This document shows, piece after piece, positions 56,027 through 64,000 of a DNA stretch of 64,000 nt. Every line of letters starts with the position of its first letter. The first letter of the stretch is position 1. Made by a program: the position numbers and the translations under genes. The notes beneath the pieces are model-generated. The model was not told where the DNA came from and did not search any database. It saw only the letters and a list, made by a program, of their open reading frames with translations. This DNA comes from Candidatus Saccharimonadota bacterium (GTDB lineage Bacteria; Patescibacteriota; Saccharimonadia; Saccharimonadales; Saccharimonadaceae): positions 42,201 through 106,200 of the forward strand of contig JAFRJN010000004.1 in assembly GCA_017432225.1 (NCBI GenBank). The letters are read 5' to 3'.

Positions 56027-57826
56027 ATGAGAATTAAAACTGCTGATTTAGATAAACATTTGGGTGAAGAAGTAGAGGTGGCTGGATGGGTGAATAGCCG
56101 GCGCGACCATGGAGGATTGATTTTTATTGATCTTCGCGATTTCGATGGGCTAATTCAGCTGGTGGTGACGCCAGAAACGGCGGAGTCGTTTGCGTTGGCG
56201 GAGACGGTGCGAGATGAGTTTGTGCTATCGGCTCGGGGTACGATGCGGAAGCGCGAGCCGGAGCTGGTGAATTCGAATATCCCGACGGGCGAAATTGAAC
56301 TGGTGGTGTCAGAGTTGAAACTCTTAAATCGGAGTGAGCCTTTGCCGGTGAATACGCACGATGATGGTGATGCGTCATCGGAAGAGATGAGGCTGAAATA
56401 TCGGTATCTGGACTTGCGTCGGCCAAAGATGCAGAAAAGGTTGAAACGGCGCTCGGAGTATTACAAAGTGGTGCGCGACTATATGTATGCGCATGGATTT
56501 ACGGAGATTACGACGCCGATTTTGGCTAACTCGTCGCCAGAAGGGGCGAGGGATTTCCTTGTGCCGTCTAGGCTTCATCCGGGGAAATTTTATGCTTTGC
56601 CACAGGCGCCACAGCAGTTTAAACAACTTTTGATGGTGGGGGGAGTGGAAAAGTATTTCCAGATTGCGCCGTGTTTCCGCGATGAAGACCCGCGGGCAGA
56701 TAGGCTGTATGGTGATTTTTACCAGCTGGATTTTGAGATGTCGTTTGTGGATGATGGCGAGATAGTGCGACGCGAGATTGAACCTTTGTATTTGAAATTG
56801 GTGACGGAGTTTGCGGAAAAGAAAATTGTCTGCCGGAGTGAAATTGCGAAGTCGTATATTCCGGAGGATGACGTGGTGCCGAGGCTTCCTTATGAAGTGG
56901 CGATGGATAATTACGGCGTGGACAAGCCGGATTTGCGCTATGGGATGGAGCTGGTAGATTTGACCGAGGTGTTCTCAAAAACGGAGTTTAAAGTATTTAA
57001 ACAGCCGTGCGTAAAGGCTTTGTGTGTGAAAGGTGGGGCGGAGCTGACGCGGCGGGAAATTGACGAATTTACCGAAAAAGCGCGGAAGCTGGGCGCTGGG
57101 GGGCTGGCATATATATTATATAGTGACGGGGAAGCGAAATCGCCGATTTTGAAGTTTATGTCTGAGGCGGAAATTGATGCAGTGAAGGAAAAAATGGGCG
57201 CGGAGGATGGCGATGCGGTGTTCTTTGGCGCGGATACAAGGGATCTGGTAAACAAAGTTTTGGGGCAGCTGAGAATCGCTTTTGCGGATAGATTTGGACT
57301 CAAAAATCCAAAAGAAGTGGCGCTGACTTGGGTAGTAGATTTTCCATTCTATGAATGGGACGAGAAAAATAAGAAACTGGACTTTGGACATAACCCGTTT
57401 AGTATGCCAAAGGGTGGACTCTCTGCTCTTGAGGCAGCGAAGACTGATGCGGAGAAACTGGCGATTAAGGCCGACCAGTACGATATGGTGATGAACGGGT
57501 ATGAATGTGCGTCTGGTGCGGTGAGAAATTACAATCCGGAAATTATGTACAAAGTATTTAATATACTCGGCTATAACAATGAGTATGTGGAAGCGAGATT
57601 TGGCGGGATGCTAGGTGCATTCAAATTTGGCGCGCCACCGCATGCGGGCTGTGCGCCGGGGCTAGATCGGATTTTTATGATTCTCGAGGATGAAGACAAC
57701 ATCCGTGACGTGGTGGCATTTCCAAAGAACGGTAACGGGGTGGATTTGATGATGAATTCGCCGTCGGAAGTGGATGCGGAACAACTTGACGAGGCGCATC
57801 TTGCAATTATTCCAGAAGAGGATTAA
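56027..57826 (+). CDS. aspS: Aspartate--tRNA ligase
   Basis: 599 aa. OB-fold N-domain, class II motifs (FRDEDPRADR, GLDRIFMIL), bacterial insertion domain. Confidence 0.95.
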   Translation: MRIKTADLDKHLGEEVEVAGWVNSRRDHGGLIFIDLRDFDGLIQLVVTPETAESFALAETVRDEFVLSARGTMRKREPELVNSNIPTGEIELVVSELKLLNRSEPLPVNTHDDGDASSEEMRLKYRYLDLRRPKMQKRLKRRSEYYKVVRDYMYAHGFTEITTPILANSSPEGARDFLVPSRLHPGKFYALPQAPQQFKQLLMVGGVEKYFQIAPCFRDEDPRADRLYGDFYQLDFEMSFVDDGEIVRREIEPLYLKLVTEFAEKKIVCRSEIAKSYIPEDDVVPRLPYEVAMDNYGVDKPDLRYGMELVDLTEVFSKTEFKVFKQPCVKALCVKGGAELTRREIDEFTEKARKLGAGGLAYILYSDGEAKSPILKFMSEAEIDAVKEKMGAEDGDAVFFGADTRDLVNKVLGQLRIAFADRFGLKNPKEVALTWVVDFPFYEWDEKNKKLDFGHNPFSMPKGGLSALEAAKTDAEKLAIKADQYDMVMNGYECASGAVRNYNPEIMYKVFNILGYNNEYVEARFGGMLGAFKFGAPPHAGCAPGLDRIFMILEDEDNIRDVVAFPKNGNGVDLMMNSPSEVDAEQLDEAHLAIIPEED

Positions 57827-57835
57827 TTCTGGCGC

Positions 57836-58510
57836 ATGAAAGATAATTACAAAAGGAATCGGAGAATATTAATCGGTGGATTTGTATCTGTCTTGATTGT
57901 TATTCTTGTGATTTCTTTGGGATTTTTGATTTATGGGCGGATTTATTCGGCTGAACTCAATATCTTGGTGGCGCCGTCGATTGCTACGGTAAAAGTGGGG
58001 GATGCGGAGTTTTCGCCATCGGGGAATTATAAAATGATGCCGGGTGAATATGCAGTAGAAATTAAGGCAGAAGGGTTTGAAGCTAAAACGGGCAAAATTG
58101 TTTTGAGTGCCGATAAAACTTCAGAACTTCATTTATATTTAAATTCGAATGATGAATCTACAGCGAATTGGTATGAGACGCACGCGGAAGACGCTTTGAT
58201 TGTAGGTGAAATACAAAATGCCGAAACTTTGAAAATGGTAAATAAGCTGCTCGAAAAAGAGCCGGCGTTGAAGGAATTACCTTTGACAGTAGAATATTAT
58301 TCAGATGATTTTAGCGAATATACAAAATATATAATAAGTTATGGACTGGATGATAGCGATAGAGGGTTTTATTTAATCATGAAAGATTATACAGGTGTAG
58401 GAATGATTGGCGCGATTTCGAAAATGCAGGAGCTCGGAATGAATACGGTAGGGGTGGAACTTCGGTATGAGAATTTGTCGGGCGATTCTTTGAGCGGGCA
58501 CGCAGAATAA
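57836..58510 (+). CDS. Hypothetical membrane-anchored protein with a PEGA-like domain
   Basis: N-terminal TM. VKVGDAEFSPSGNYKMMPGEYAVEIKAEGFEAKTGKIVL resembles a PEGA fold. Confidence 0.55.
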   Translation: MKDNYKRNRRILIGGFVSVLIVILVISLGFLIYGRIYSAELNILVAPSIATVKVGDAEFSPSGNYKMMPGEYAVEIKAEGFEAKTGKIVLSADKTSELHLYLNSNDESTANWYETHAEDALIVGEIQNAETLKMVNKLLEKEPALKELPLTVEYYSDDFSEYTKYIISYGLDDSDRGFYLIMKDYTGVGMIGAISKMQELGMNTVGVELRYENLSGDSLSGHAE

Positions 58511-58514
58511 AAAA

Positions 58515-58590
58515 TGGTCTGGGATACCAGACTTGAACTGGCGACCTCACGCCCCCCAGGCGTGCGCGCTACCAACTGCGCCAATCCCAG
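58515..58590 (-). tRNA. tRNA-Pro(GGG), CCA encoded
   Basis: C1-G72 acceptor CTGGGAT/ATCCCAG, anticodon stem CACGC/GCGTG with loop CTGGGGG. Confidence 0.9.
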
Positions 58591-58595
58591 CTAAA

Positions 58596-58671
58596 TGGTC
58601 AGGGTGATCGGACTTGAACCGACGACCTCGGCGTCCCGAACGCCGCGCGCTACCAACTGCGCCACACCCTG
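58596..58671 (-). tRNA. tRNA-Pro(CGG), CCA encoded
   Basis: Acceptor CAGGGTG/CACCCTG, anticodon stem CGGCG/CGCCG with loop TTCGGGA. Confidence 0.9.
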
Positions 58672-58747
58672 ATAATGTTAAAACGGACTTGAACCGACGA
58701 CCTCGGCGTCCCGAACGCCGCGACGCTTTTAACTGCGCCACACCCTG
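58672..58747 (-). pseudogene. Truncated tRNA-Pro(CGG)-like copy, lacking the 3' acceptor strand and with an altered D-loop
   Basis: CAGGGTGTGGCGCAGTTAAAAGCGTCGCGGCGTTCGGGACGCCGAGGTCGTCGGTTCAAGTCCG then TTTTAACATTAT. Matches the downstream tRNA except GGT to AAA in the D-loop, one inserted T, and a diverged 3' end. Confidence 0.8.
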
Positions 58748-58754
58748 TAAAAAA

Positions 58755-58830
58755 TGGTCTGGGTGACAGGACTTGAACCTGCGACCTCGACTTCCCAAAA
58801 GTCGCGCGCTACCAACTGTGCTACACCCAG
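58755..58830 (-). tRNA. tRNA-Pro(TGG), CCA encoded
   Basis: Acceptor CTGGGTG/CACCCAG, anticodon stem CGACT/AGTCG with loop TTTGGGA. Confidence 0.9.
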
Positions 58831-58907
58831 ATATTAAACTAAAGTACTTATTCCTGGGGACCTCGACTTCCCAAAAGTCGCGACGCTTATAACTGTGCTA
58901 CACCCAG
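58831..58907 (-). pseudogene. Truncated tRNA-Pro(TGG)-like copy, with degenerate T-arm and 3' end and an altered D-loop
   Basis: CTGGGTGTAGCACAGTTATAAGCGTCGCGACTTTTGGGAAGTCGAGGTC then CCCAGGAATAAGTACTTTAGTTTAATAT. Matches the downstream tRNA through the variable loop except GGT to ATA and one inserted T. Confidence 0.8.
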
Positions 58908-58920
58908 ATGTTCTATTTAT

Positions 58921-58929
58921 ATTATAGCA
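58921..58929 (-). promoter_or_regulatory. Extended -10 promoter of the tRNA-Pro cluster
   Basis: Minus strand TGCTATAAT lies 13 nt upstream of the first (truncated) tRNA-like unit. Confidence 0.55.
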
Positions 58930-58990
58930 CATTTTTGTGAAAAAATAGAGAGATTTATGGTAGAATAGATATATATGAAAGGAGAAAATA

Positions 58991-60925
58991 GTGGCAGGTG
59001 AAAATCCCAAAAATTCAGTAAGCGGTAAAGGTGCTAATAATATGATGAATCGTTCTAATATGATTCGGAGTGCGCTATTTACGATAATTCTGATTTGTCT
59101 TTCGGCGATGCTGATTGTGAATTGGACGAGCAATGGTCCGGTGAAGGTAGAAGTACCTTTTTCGGAAGTGGTGACTAGGGCGAACGATCCAAACGGTGAC
59201 ATTGCTAAAATCACAGTGTATGGGGATACACTTGATATCACTCTGAAGGGGAAAGACCAGCCAACGGAGACTTCGAGAAAAGACTCTTCGGGGACTTTGT
59301 ATGAACAAGGCATAATTAATCATTGCGAAGATTTGGAAGGTGACGAGCTGAAAAAATGCAACGAGACTTATCCAGTGATTGAGTATAAGGAAAGTGTAAA
59401 TACGTGGGGAATCGTGCTAGATGTGGCGCTGACGGTGTTGCCAATTATAGCAGTGGTGATTTTCTTCTCCTGGATGATGAAACAGGCGACGGCGGCGAAT
59501 AGTCAGTCAATGTCTTTTGGTAAAGCAAAGGCAAAACTTTATGGTCCGGATAAAAAGAAAGTAACTTTTAAAGATGTGGCAGGAAATGAATCAGCTAAAC
59601 AAGATTTGACGGAAATTGTAGATTTTCTCAAAAATCCAAAGAAATATGAGAAGCTGGGAGCGAAAATCCCGCGAGGGGTACTACTCGCAGGAGCACCAGG
59701 CACTGGTAAAACTTTGATGGCTAGAGCAGTGGCTGGGGAAGCTGACGTACCGTTTTTCTCGATTTCGGGTTCGGAATTTGCAGAAATGTTTGTAGGCGTA
59801 GGCGCTTCTCGAGTCCGTGATCTTTTCTCTAAAGCGAAGAAAAATGCGCCGTCGATTATCTTTATTGATGAGATTGACGCGGTAGCACACAAACGTGACG
59901 CTCGCGGTGGAGCGGGGCGCGAAGACGAGCAGACTCTGAATCAAATTCTTGTGGAAATGGACGGGTTTGATAACGACTCGGGGGTGATTGTGATGGCAGC
60001 GACAAACCGGGTAGATATGCTAGATAAGGCGCTCCTTCGTCCGGGGCGGTTTGACCGGCACGTAAATGTGACTTTGCCGGAGAGAAAGGACCGTTTGGAG
60101 ATCCTTAAAGTGCATTTTAAGGGCAAACCGGTGTCTTCGGACGTAGACCTCGAGGCTTTGGCCAAGAAAACTGCGGGTTCGTCTGGTGCGGACCTCGCGA
60201 ATATCGCTAATGAGGCGGCGATTACGGCGGCGCGCGAAGGGCATAAGGCGATTTCGAATGCGGACCTTACCTCGGCGTTTGAGCGGGTAGCGATCGGGCC
60301 GGAAAGAAAGTCCAAAGTGATGAACGAGAAGGAGCGCAAAATCACGGCCTATCACGAAGCGGGGCACGCGATTGTGGGACATGTACTGCCAGATTCTGAC
60401 CCGGTGCATAAGGTGACGATTATTCCGCGGGGTTCGACTGGTGGGGTGACGTGGTTCTTGCCACCAGAGGATAGAAGCTATAAGAATATTTATGAGCTGA
60501 AAGACATTTTGGCGCGAGCGATGGGTGGTAGAATCGCAGAGAAATTGATCTTTGGCGCGGATGCGGTGACGACTGGTGCGTCATCGGATCTTAAGAATGT
60601 GGCGGAGCTTTCAAAATCAATGATCGTAGAAGAAGGCATGGGAAGTGGCACTAGAAATTTGGTATTTCCGGGCGAAGAAACAGGATATTATACGATTACT
60701 ACTGGCAAGCCATATTCGGAAAAAACTGCAGAGCTAATTGACGCCGAGATTAAGAAATTGTCGGATGAAGCGGCAATGAGGGCCGAGCAAGTTTTGAAAG
60801 CGAACAAGAAAGTGTTGGATAATTTGGCAGAAGAACTTTTGAAACACGAGACTTTGGAAGAGGCAGAGCTTGAGCCGATTCTCAAGGATGCGAAATTGCC
60901 AGAGGCGGCAAAACTCTATAAGTAA
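58991..60925 (+). CDS. ftsH: ATP-dependent zinc metalloprotease FtsH
   Basis: GTG start with AAGGAG upstream. Two TMs, AAA+ Walker [10 protein letters not shown], zinc site HEAGHA. Confidence 0.95.
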   Translation: MAGENPKNSVSGKGANNMMNRSNMIRSALFTIILICLSAMLIVNWTSNGPVKVEVPFSEVVTRANDPNGDIAKITVYGDTLDITLKGKDQPTETSRKDSSGTLYEQGIINHCEDLEGDELKKCNETYPVIEYKESVNTWGIVLDVALTVLPIIAVVIFFSWMMKQATAANSQSMSFGKAKAKLYGPDKKKVTFKDVAGNESAKQDLTEIVDFLKNPKKYEKLGAKIPRGVLLAGAPGTGKTLMARAVAGEADVPFFSISGSEFAEMFVGVGASRVRDLFSKAKKNAPSIIFIDEIDAVAHKRDARGGAGREDEQTLNQILVEMDGFDNDSGVIVMAATNRVDMLDKALLRPGRFDRHVNVTLPERKDRLEILKVHFKGKPVSSDVDLEALAKKTAGSSGADLANIANEAAITAAREGHKAISNADLTSAFERVAIGPERKSKVMNEKERKITAYHEAGHAIVGHVLPDSDPVHKVTIIPRGSTGGVTWFLPPEDRSYKNIYELKDILARAMGGRIAEKLIFGADAVTTGASSDLKNVAELSKSMIVEEGMGSGTRNLVFPGEETGYYTITTGKPYSEKTAELIDAEIKKLSDEAAMRAEQVLKANKKVLDNLAEELLKHETLEEAELEPILKDAKLPEAAKLYK

Positions 60926-60946
60926 AAATTAAAAAAGGAGATTTTG

Positions 60947-63346
60947 ATGGAGAGATTTTTAGACTATTTTGTGCCGGAAAAATATGAACTTAATCTAGAG
61001 ATTGATAAGTTTCAGAAAAAAATCGGTGGAATAGTAAAAGTTACTGGCGAGACAAAAGCAGAAGTGATAAAATTCCATGCGGTGAATTTGAAAGTTTCTG
61101 ATGTAACTTTCGATGGTGCTAAATGCAAGTTTGAAGCGGACGGAAAGGTTTTGACGATTTTTGATGTGGATCTTGGCAAGGCAGAAATCGAAATCCATTA
61201 CGAGGGGAAGCTAAATGAAAATATGCAGGGAGCGTATCTTTCGACTTACCAATATAAGGGTAAGATTGAAACGATTGTGGCGACACAGTTTGAGAGCCAT
61301 TATGCGAGAGAGGCTTTCCCTTCAGTTGACGAACCGGCGGCTAAAGCGGTGTTTGAACTTTCTCTAACTACTGCAGATAGTGATGATGTAGTTTTGTCTA
61401 ATATGCCAATAAAAAGTGTTGTAAAAAATACAACACTTTTTGAACAATCGCCAAGGATGAGCACATATCTGCTAGCTTGGGTGATCGGGAAGTTCAAAAG
61501 TCGGAGCGTGGTAAATAAACATGGAACCACGATTACAACTTATGTCGCACTTAACCAAAATGACAGTTCAGTGAATTTTGCTAATGAAGTGGCGGCGAGA
61601 AGTTTGGAATTTTATGATGATAGTTTTGGAGTGCCGTATCCTTTGAAAAAATTGGATCAGGTGGCTTTGCCAGATTTTGAAGCGGGGGCGATGGAAAACT
61701 GGGGGTTGGTGACATATCGTGAATCGATGTTGCTTGTGACGGGAGCGGCGACTTTATCTACGATGAAATCTGTGGCTCTGACTGTGGCGCATGAGCTTTC
61801 GCATCAATGGTTTGGCGATCTAGTGACAATGGAATGGTGGGATGATTTGTGGCTAAATGAATCGTTTGCGAGCGTGATGGAATATTTTGCGACGGATGTG
61901 ATTTTCCCGGAGTTTAAGATTTGGGAGAGCTTCTTTACGGGTGACTGTTTGGCGGCGCTCAAACGAGATTGTATCTCTGGCGTGCAGTCGGTACATCAGG
62001 ATGTGAATGACCCGGAGGAAATCGCGACGCTATTTGACGGGGCGATTGTGTATGCAAAGGGGGCGAGGCTGATGCTAATGATAATTCGGCTGATGGGATG
62101 GGAAGCGTTTAATACTGGCATAAGAGATTATTTTGAAAAATATAAATATAAAAATACGGTAGGGGATAATTTGTGGGACGCATTAAATAAATATGCGGAT
62201 TTTGATGTAAAAAAAATGATGCATGCCTTTATTGATCGGCCTGGGTATCCGGTGGTGTCTGATGGGGGTGCAGGAGATTTTAAAAAGATTTCGCAAAAAA
62301 GATTCTTGATTGATGGGGGTATGTCGGATTCGGATTGGCTTTTGCCAGAAATTACAGAAGATATGAGTGGGCATTATATTCTGAATCTTTCGGACGAAGA
62401 ATTTGAAGAGAGGCTAGCCAGATTTGACGTGCTTAATTTGGAAGAGAAATTGAGGCTTCTAATTGATAGAGAGCTGCTTTCTAAAACTGGCCTCGCAAGC
62501 TCGGCGTCGCTTCTGCCTTTGATCTTTAAATTCCGTGAGGAGACAAGCGCGGCGGTTTGGAGTATTATTCTCACGATTGTCTCGGGGCTCAAACCATTTT
62601 TTAAGCCCGATTCGGAAGAGGAAAAAATGTTCCAGAGCTTTGTGCGGAAACTAGTCGCACCGGGTCTTGAACGGGTGGGGTTGGCTACGCGTGAAAATGA
62701 TGATGAAAATACTTTGAGACTTCGGTCGATACTACTAGCGCTTGATTTCTACGCGGAAAATAAGGAAAACCTGTACAAGCTTGCGAGTATGTATTCGTTT
62801 AAGTATTCGAGGCTAGATAAGGAAATTCGGGCAGATATTTTGGATGCAAAACTGTATGTCGAACCGAATTTTATTGATGAGTACATAAATAGATATCAAA
62901 AAATAACCGATCCGGACGTTAAATTTGATTTGATGGTGGCGATGACTTTGACGAAGAATATGACTGCACTAACAAAAGTGATAGAACTCTTGGACCGTCC
63001 AGACATAGTAAAGCCGCAAGACCAATTTTATTTGTATTTGTATCTTTACCGAAATCCGGTGTCAAAAAAATGGGCGTTTGAATGGCTAAAAAAGCATTGG
63101 GATTATGTGAAGAAAATGTCTGGAGACAAATCGCTGGATAATTATCCAAGATATATGGCGGGCGCGGTGCGGACAAAGAAAGAATGCGAAGGATATAAGA
63201 AATTCTTTGGTCCGATGAAAAAGGATCCGGCGCTAGCTAGAGCAATAGAAATGGGCGAGAATGAAATTGGAGCGAGACTGAAACTACTGGAGGCTGACAG
63301 GGAACCAGTAATGAAGGAGCTGCGGAAGATGAGCAAAAAGATTTGA
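60947..63346 (+). CDS. pepN: M1-family aminopeptidase N
   Basis: GAMENWG exopeptidase motif and HELSHQWFGDLVTMEWWDDLWLNESFA zinc site. ATG 60947 with AAGGAG upstream. Confidence 0.9.
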   Translation: MERFLDYFVPEKYELNLEIDKFQKKIGGIVKVTGETKAEVIKFHAVNLKVSDVTFDGAKCKFEADGKVLTIFDVDLGKAEIEIHYEGKLNENMQGAYLSTYQYKGKIETIVATQFESHYAREAFPSVDEPAAKAVFELSLTTADSDDVVLSNMPIKSVVKNTTLFEQSPRMSTYLLAWVIGKFKSRSVVNKHGTTITTYVALNQNDSSVNFANEVAARSLEFYDDSFGVPYPLKKLDQVALPDFEAGAMENWGLVTYRESMLLVTGAATLSTMKSVALTVAHELSHQWFGDLVTMEWWDDLWLNESFASVMEYFATDVIFPEFKIWESFFTGDCLAALKRDCISGVQSVHQDVNDPEEIATLFDGAIVYAKGARLMLMIIRLMGWEAFNTGIRDYFEKYKYKNTVGDNLWDALNKYADFDVKKMMHAFIDRPGYPVVSDGGAGDFKKISQKRFLIDGGMSDSDWLLPEITEDMSGHYILNLSDEEFEERLARFDVLNLEEKLRLLIDRELLSKTGLASSASLLPLIFKFREETSAAVWSIILTIVSGLKPFFKPDSEEEKMFQSFVRKLVAPGLERVGLATRENDDENTLRLRSILLALDFYAENKENLYKLASMYSFKYSRLDKEIRADILDAKLYVEPNFIDEYINRYQKITDPDVKFDLMVAMTLTKNMTALTKVIELLDRPDIVKPQDQFYLYLYLYRNPVSKKWAFEWLKKHWDYVKKMSGDKSLDNYPRYMAGAVRTKKECEGYKKFFGPMKKDPALARAIEMGENEIGARLKLLEADREPVMKELRKMSKKI

Positions 63347-63401
63347 ATGGTCTGAAATGGCTTGGATGGTTTAGGTGGCCTGAATGACTTGTGGGGGCAC
63401 T

Positions 63402-63435
63402 AAAAATCTGCGTGAGGTGGGCACGCAGATTTTTT
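63402..63435. terminator. Bidirectional terminator between pepN and the convergent gene
   Basis: aaaaatctgcgtg-aggtggg-cacgcagattttt. Confidence 0.8.
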
Positions 63436-63447
63436 GATTTATTTTTG

Positions 63448-63984
63448 TTACATTTTGTCGATAGAATCGATGAGGTAAAGCAAAGCTTCACCACGATCGC
63501 GTTCGTCTTTGATCTTGGAGGCAGCATAGTAAGCTGGCTCAATGACGCTAGAATCGTGATAGTTGTCGATGACAGTTTTGTAAATGCCAAATTTCTGTTC
63601 GGCTGGAACATCAAGTTTGGAAAGAATCGGAGCGAGTTCGCGAAGAGCGGCTTCTCGAACTTGGTTGATGCCGAGGTTGCCCTTTTCCATGAATGGGGTC
63701 TTTGGCTCTGCGGCCGGAGCTTCGATGTCTTCTTCGTGGCCGATAGGAGTTGGCTCGAGATTTTCGATTGGTGCAGAAACTGGTTCGGCTGGCTTGACTG
63801 CTTCTGGCATTGGCATTGGTGCTGGCATTGGTGCAGGAGCTGGAGTCGCGACTGGGAATGGTCCGACTGGTGCAGGAGCAGGAGCTGCTACTGGATCAGC
63901 GAAAAGCGGATCAGACCCGGTTGATTTAGTGATGTCATCTATTGCTTTTTGTAGATCATTATCTACGGATACGTTTTGGTTCAT
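63448..63984 (-). CDS. Hypothetical protein with a Pro/Ala-rich linker
   Basis: 178 aa. AGGTGGG SD upstream. Central PAPAPVGPFPVATPAPAPMPAPMPMP segment and a structured-looking C-terminal domain. Confidence 0.6.
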   Translation of the reverse strand: MNQNVSVDNDLQKAIDDITKSTGSDPLFADPVAAPAPAPVGPFPVATPAPAPMPAPMPMPEAVKPAEPVSAPIENLEPTPIGHEEDIEAPAAEPKTPFMEKGNLGINQVREAALRELAPILSKLDVPAEQKFGIYKTVIDNYHDSSVIEPAYYAASKIKDERDRGEALLYLIDSIDKM

Positions 63985-64000
63985 TTACCCACCTTTAATA

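Noticed and set aside
58547-58798. 83-aa Arg/Gly-rich ORF on the minus strand with internal repeats (RRGRRFKS three times)
   Set aside because: It is the translation of the tandem tRNA-Pro genes and their truncated copies. The protein repeats simply mirror the repeated tRNA sequence.
58515-58907. Regularly spaced repeats of about 76 nt that could be mistaken for a CRISPR-like array
   Set aside because: The repeat units fold as tRNAs, with anticodons GGG, CGG and TGG. The sequence between them is only 5-7 nt. There are no spacers and no cas genes.

Overview
This 64-kb window appears to hold the chromosomal replication origin of a small, monoderm-type bacterium. Gene content and compactness fit a reduced-genome lineage such as Saccharibacteria/CPR, but I cannot confirm taxonomy without a database search. 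The standard genetic code is in use. The core is recF-dnaN-dnaA on the minus strand, diverging from rpmH-rnpA-yidC-jag on the plus strand. DnaA-box clusters lie on both sides of dnaA. The dnaA-dnaN spacer also carries six TAG/TAA trinucleotide repeats and a 27-nt pure A/T tract. About a third of the window (19.1-40.8 kb) is one cell-envelope glycopolymer locus. It encodes dTDP-rhamnose synthesis (rfbACBD), galE, a Wzm/Wzt-type ABC exporter, several GT1/GT2/GT4/GT61-like transferases, GtrA and GtrB-like proteins, a CE4 deacetylase and three large GT-C-like membrane proteins, two of them paralogs. An LCP ligase, a CotH-like protein and a ChW-repeat protein lie just upstream. Housekeeping genes include uvrA, groES/groEL with a CIRCE-like operator, yebC, pyrG, a lone pilB-type ATPase, aspS, ftsH, pepN and a MurE-like gene translationally coupled to a MacB-type ABC pair. 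There are six intact tRNA genes. The most unusual observations are: (1) two truncated tRNA-Pro copies, each upstream of the intact tRNA-Pro it matches, with parallel D-loop changes; (2) many genes with an extended -10 box only 6-8 nt upstream of the start codon, which suggests widespread leaderless mRNAs; (3) an Arn/GacI-L-like lipid-linked sugar module with a deacetylase; and (4) a duplicated tRNA-Ser 3' end. I saw no CRISPR array, transposase, integrase or recognisable defence system.
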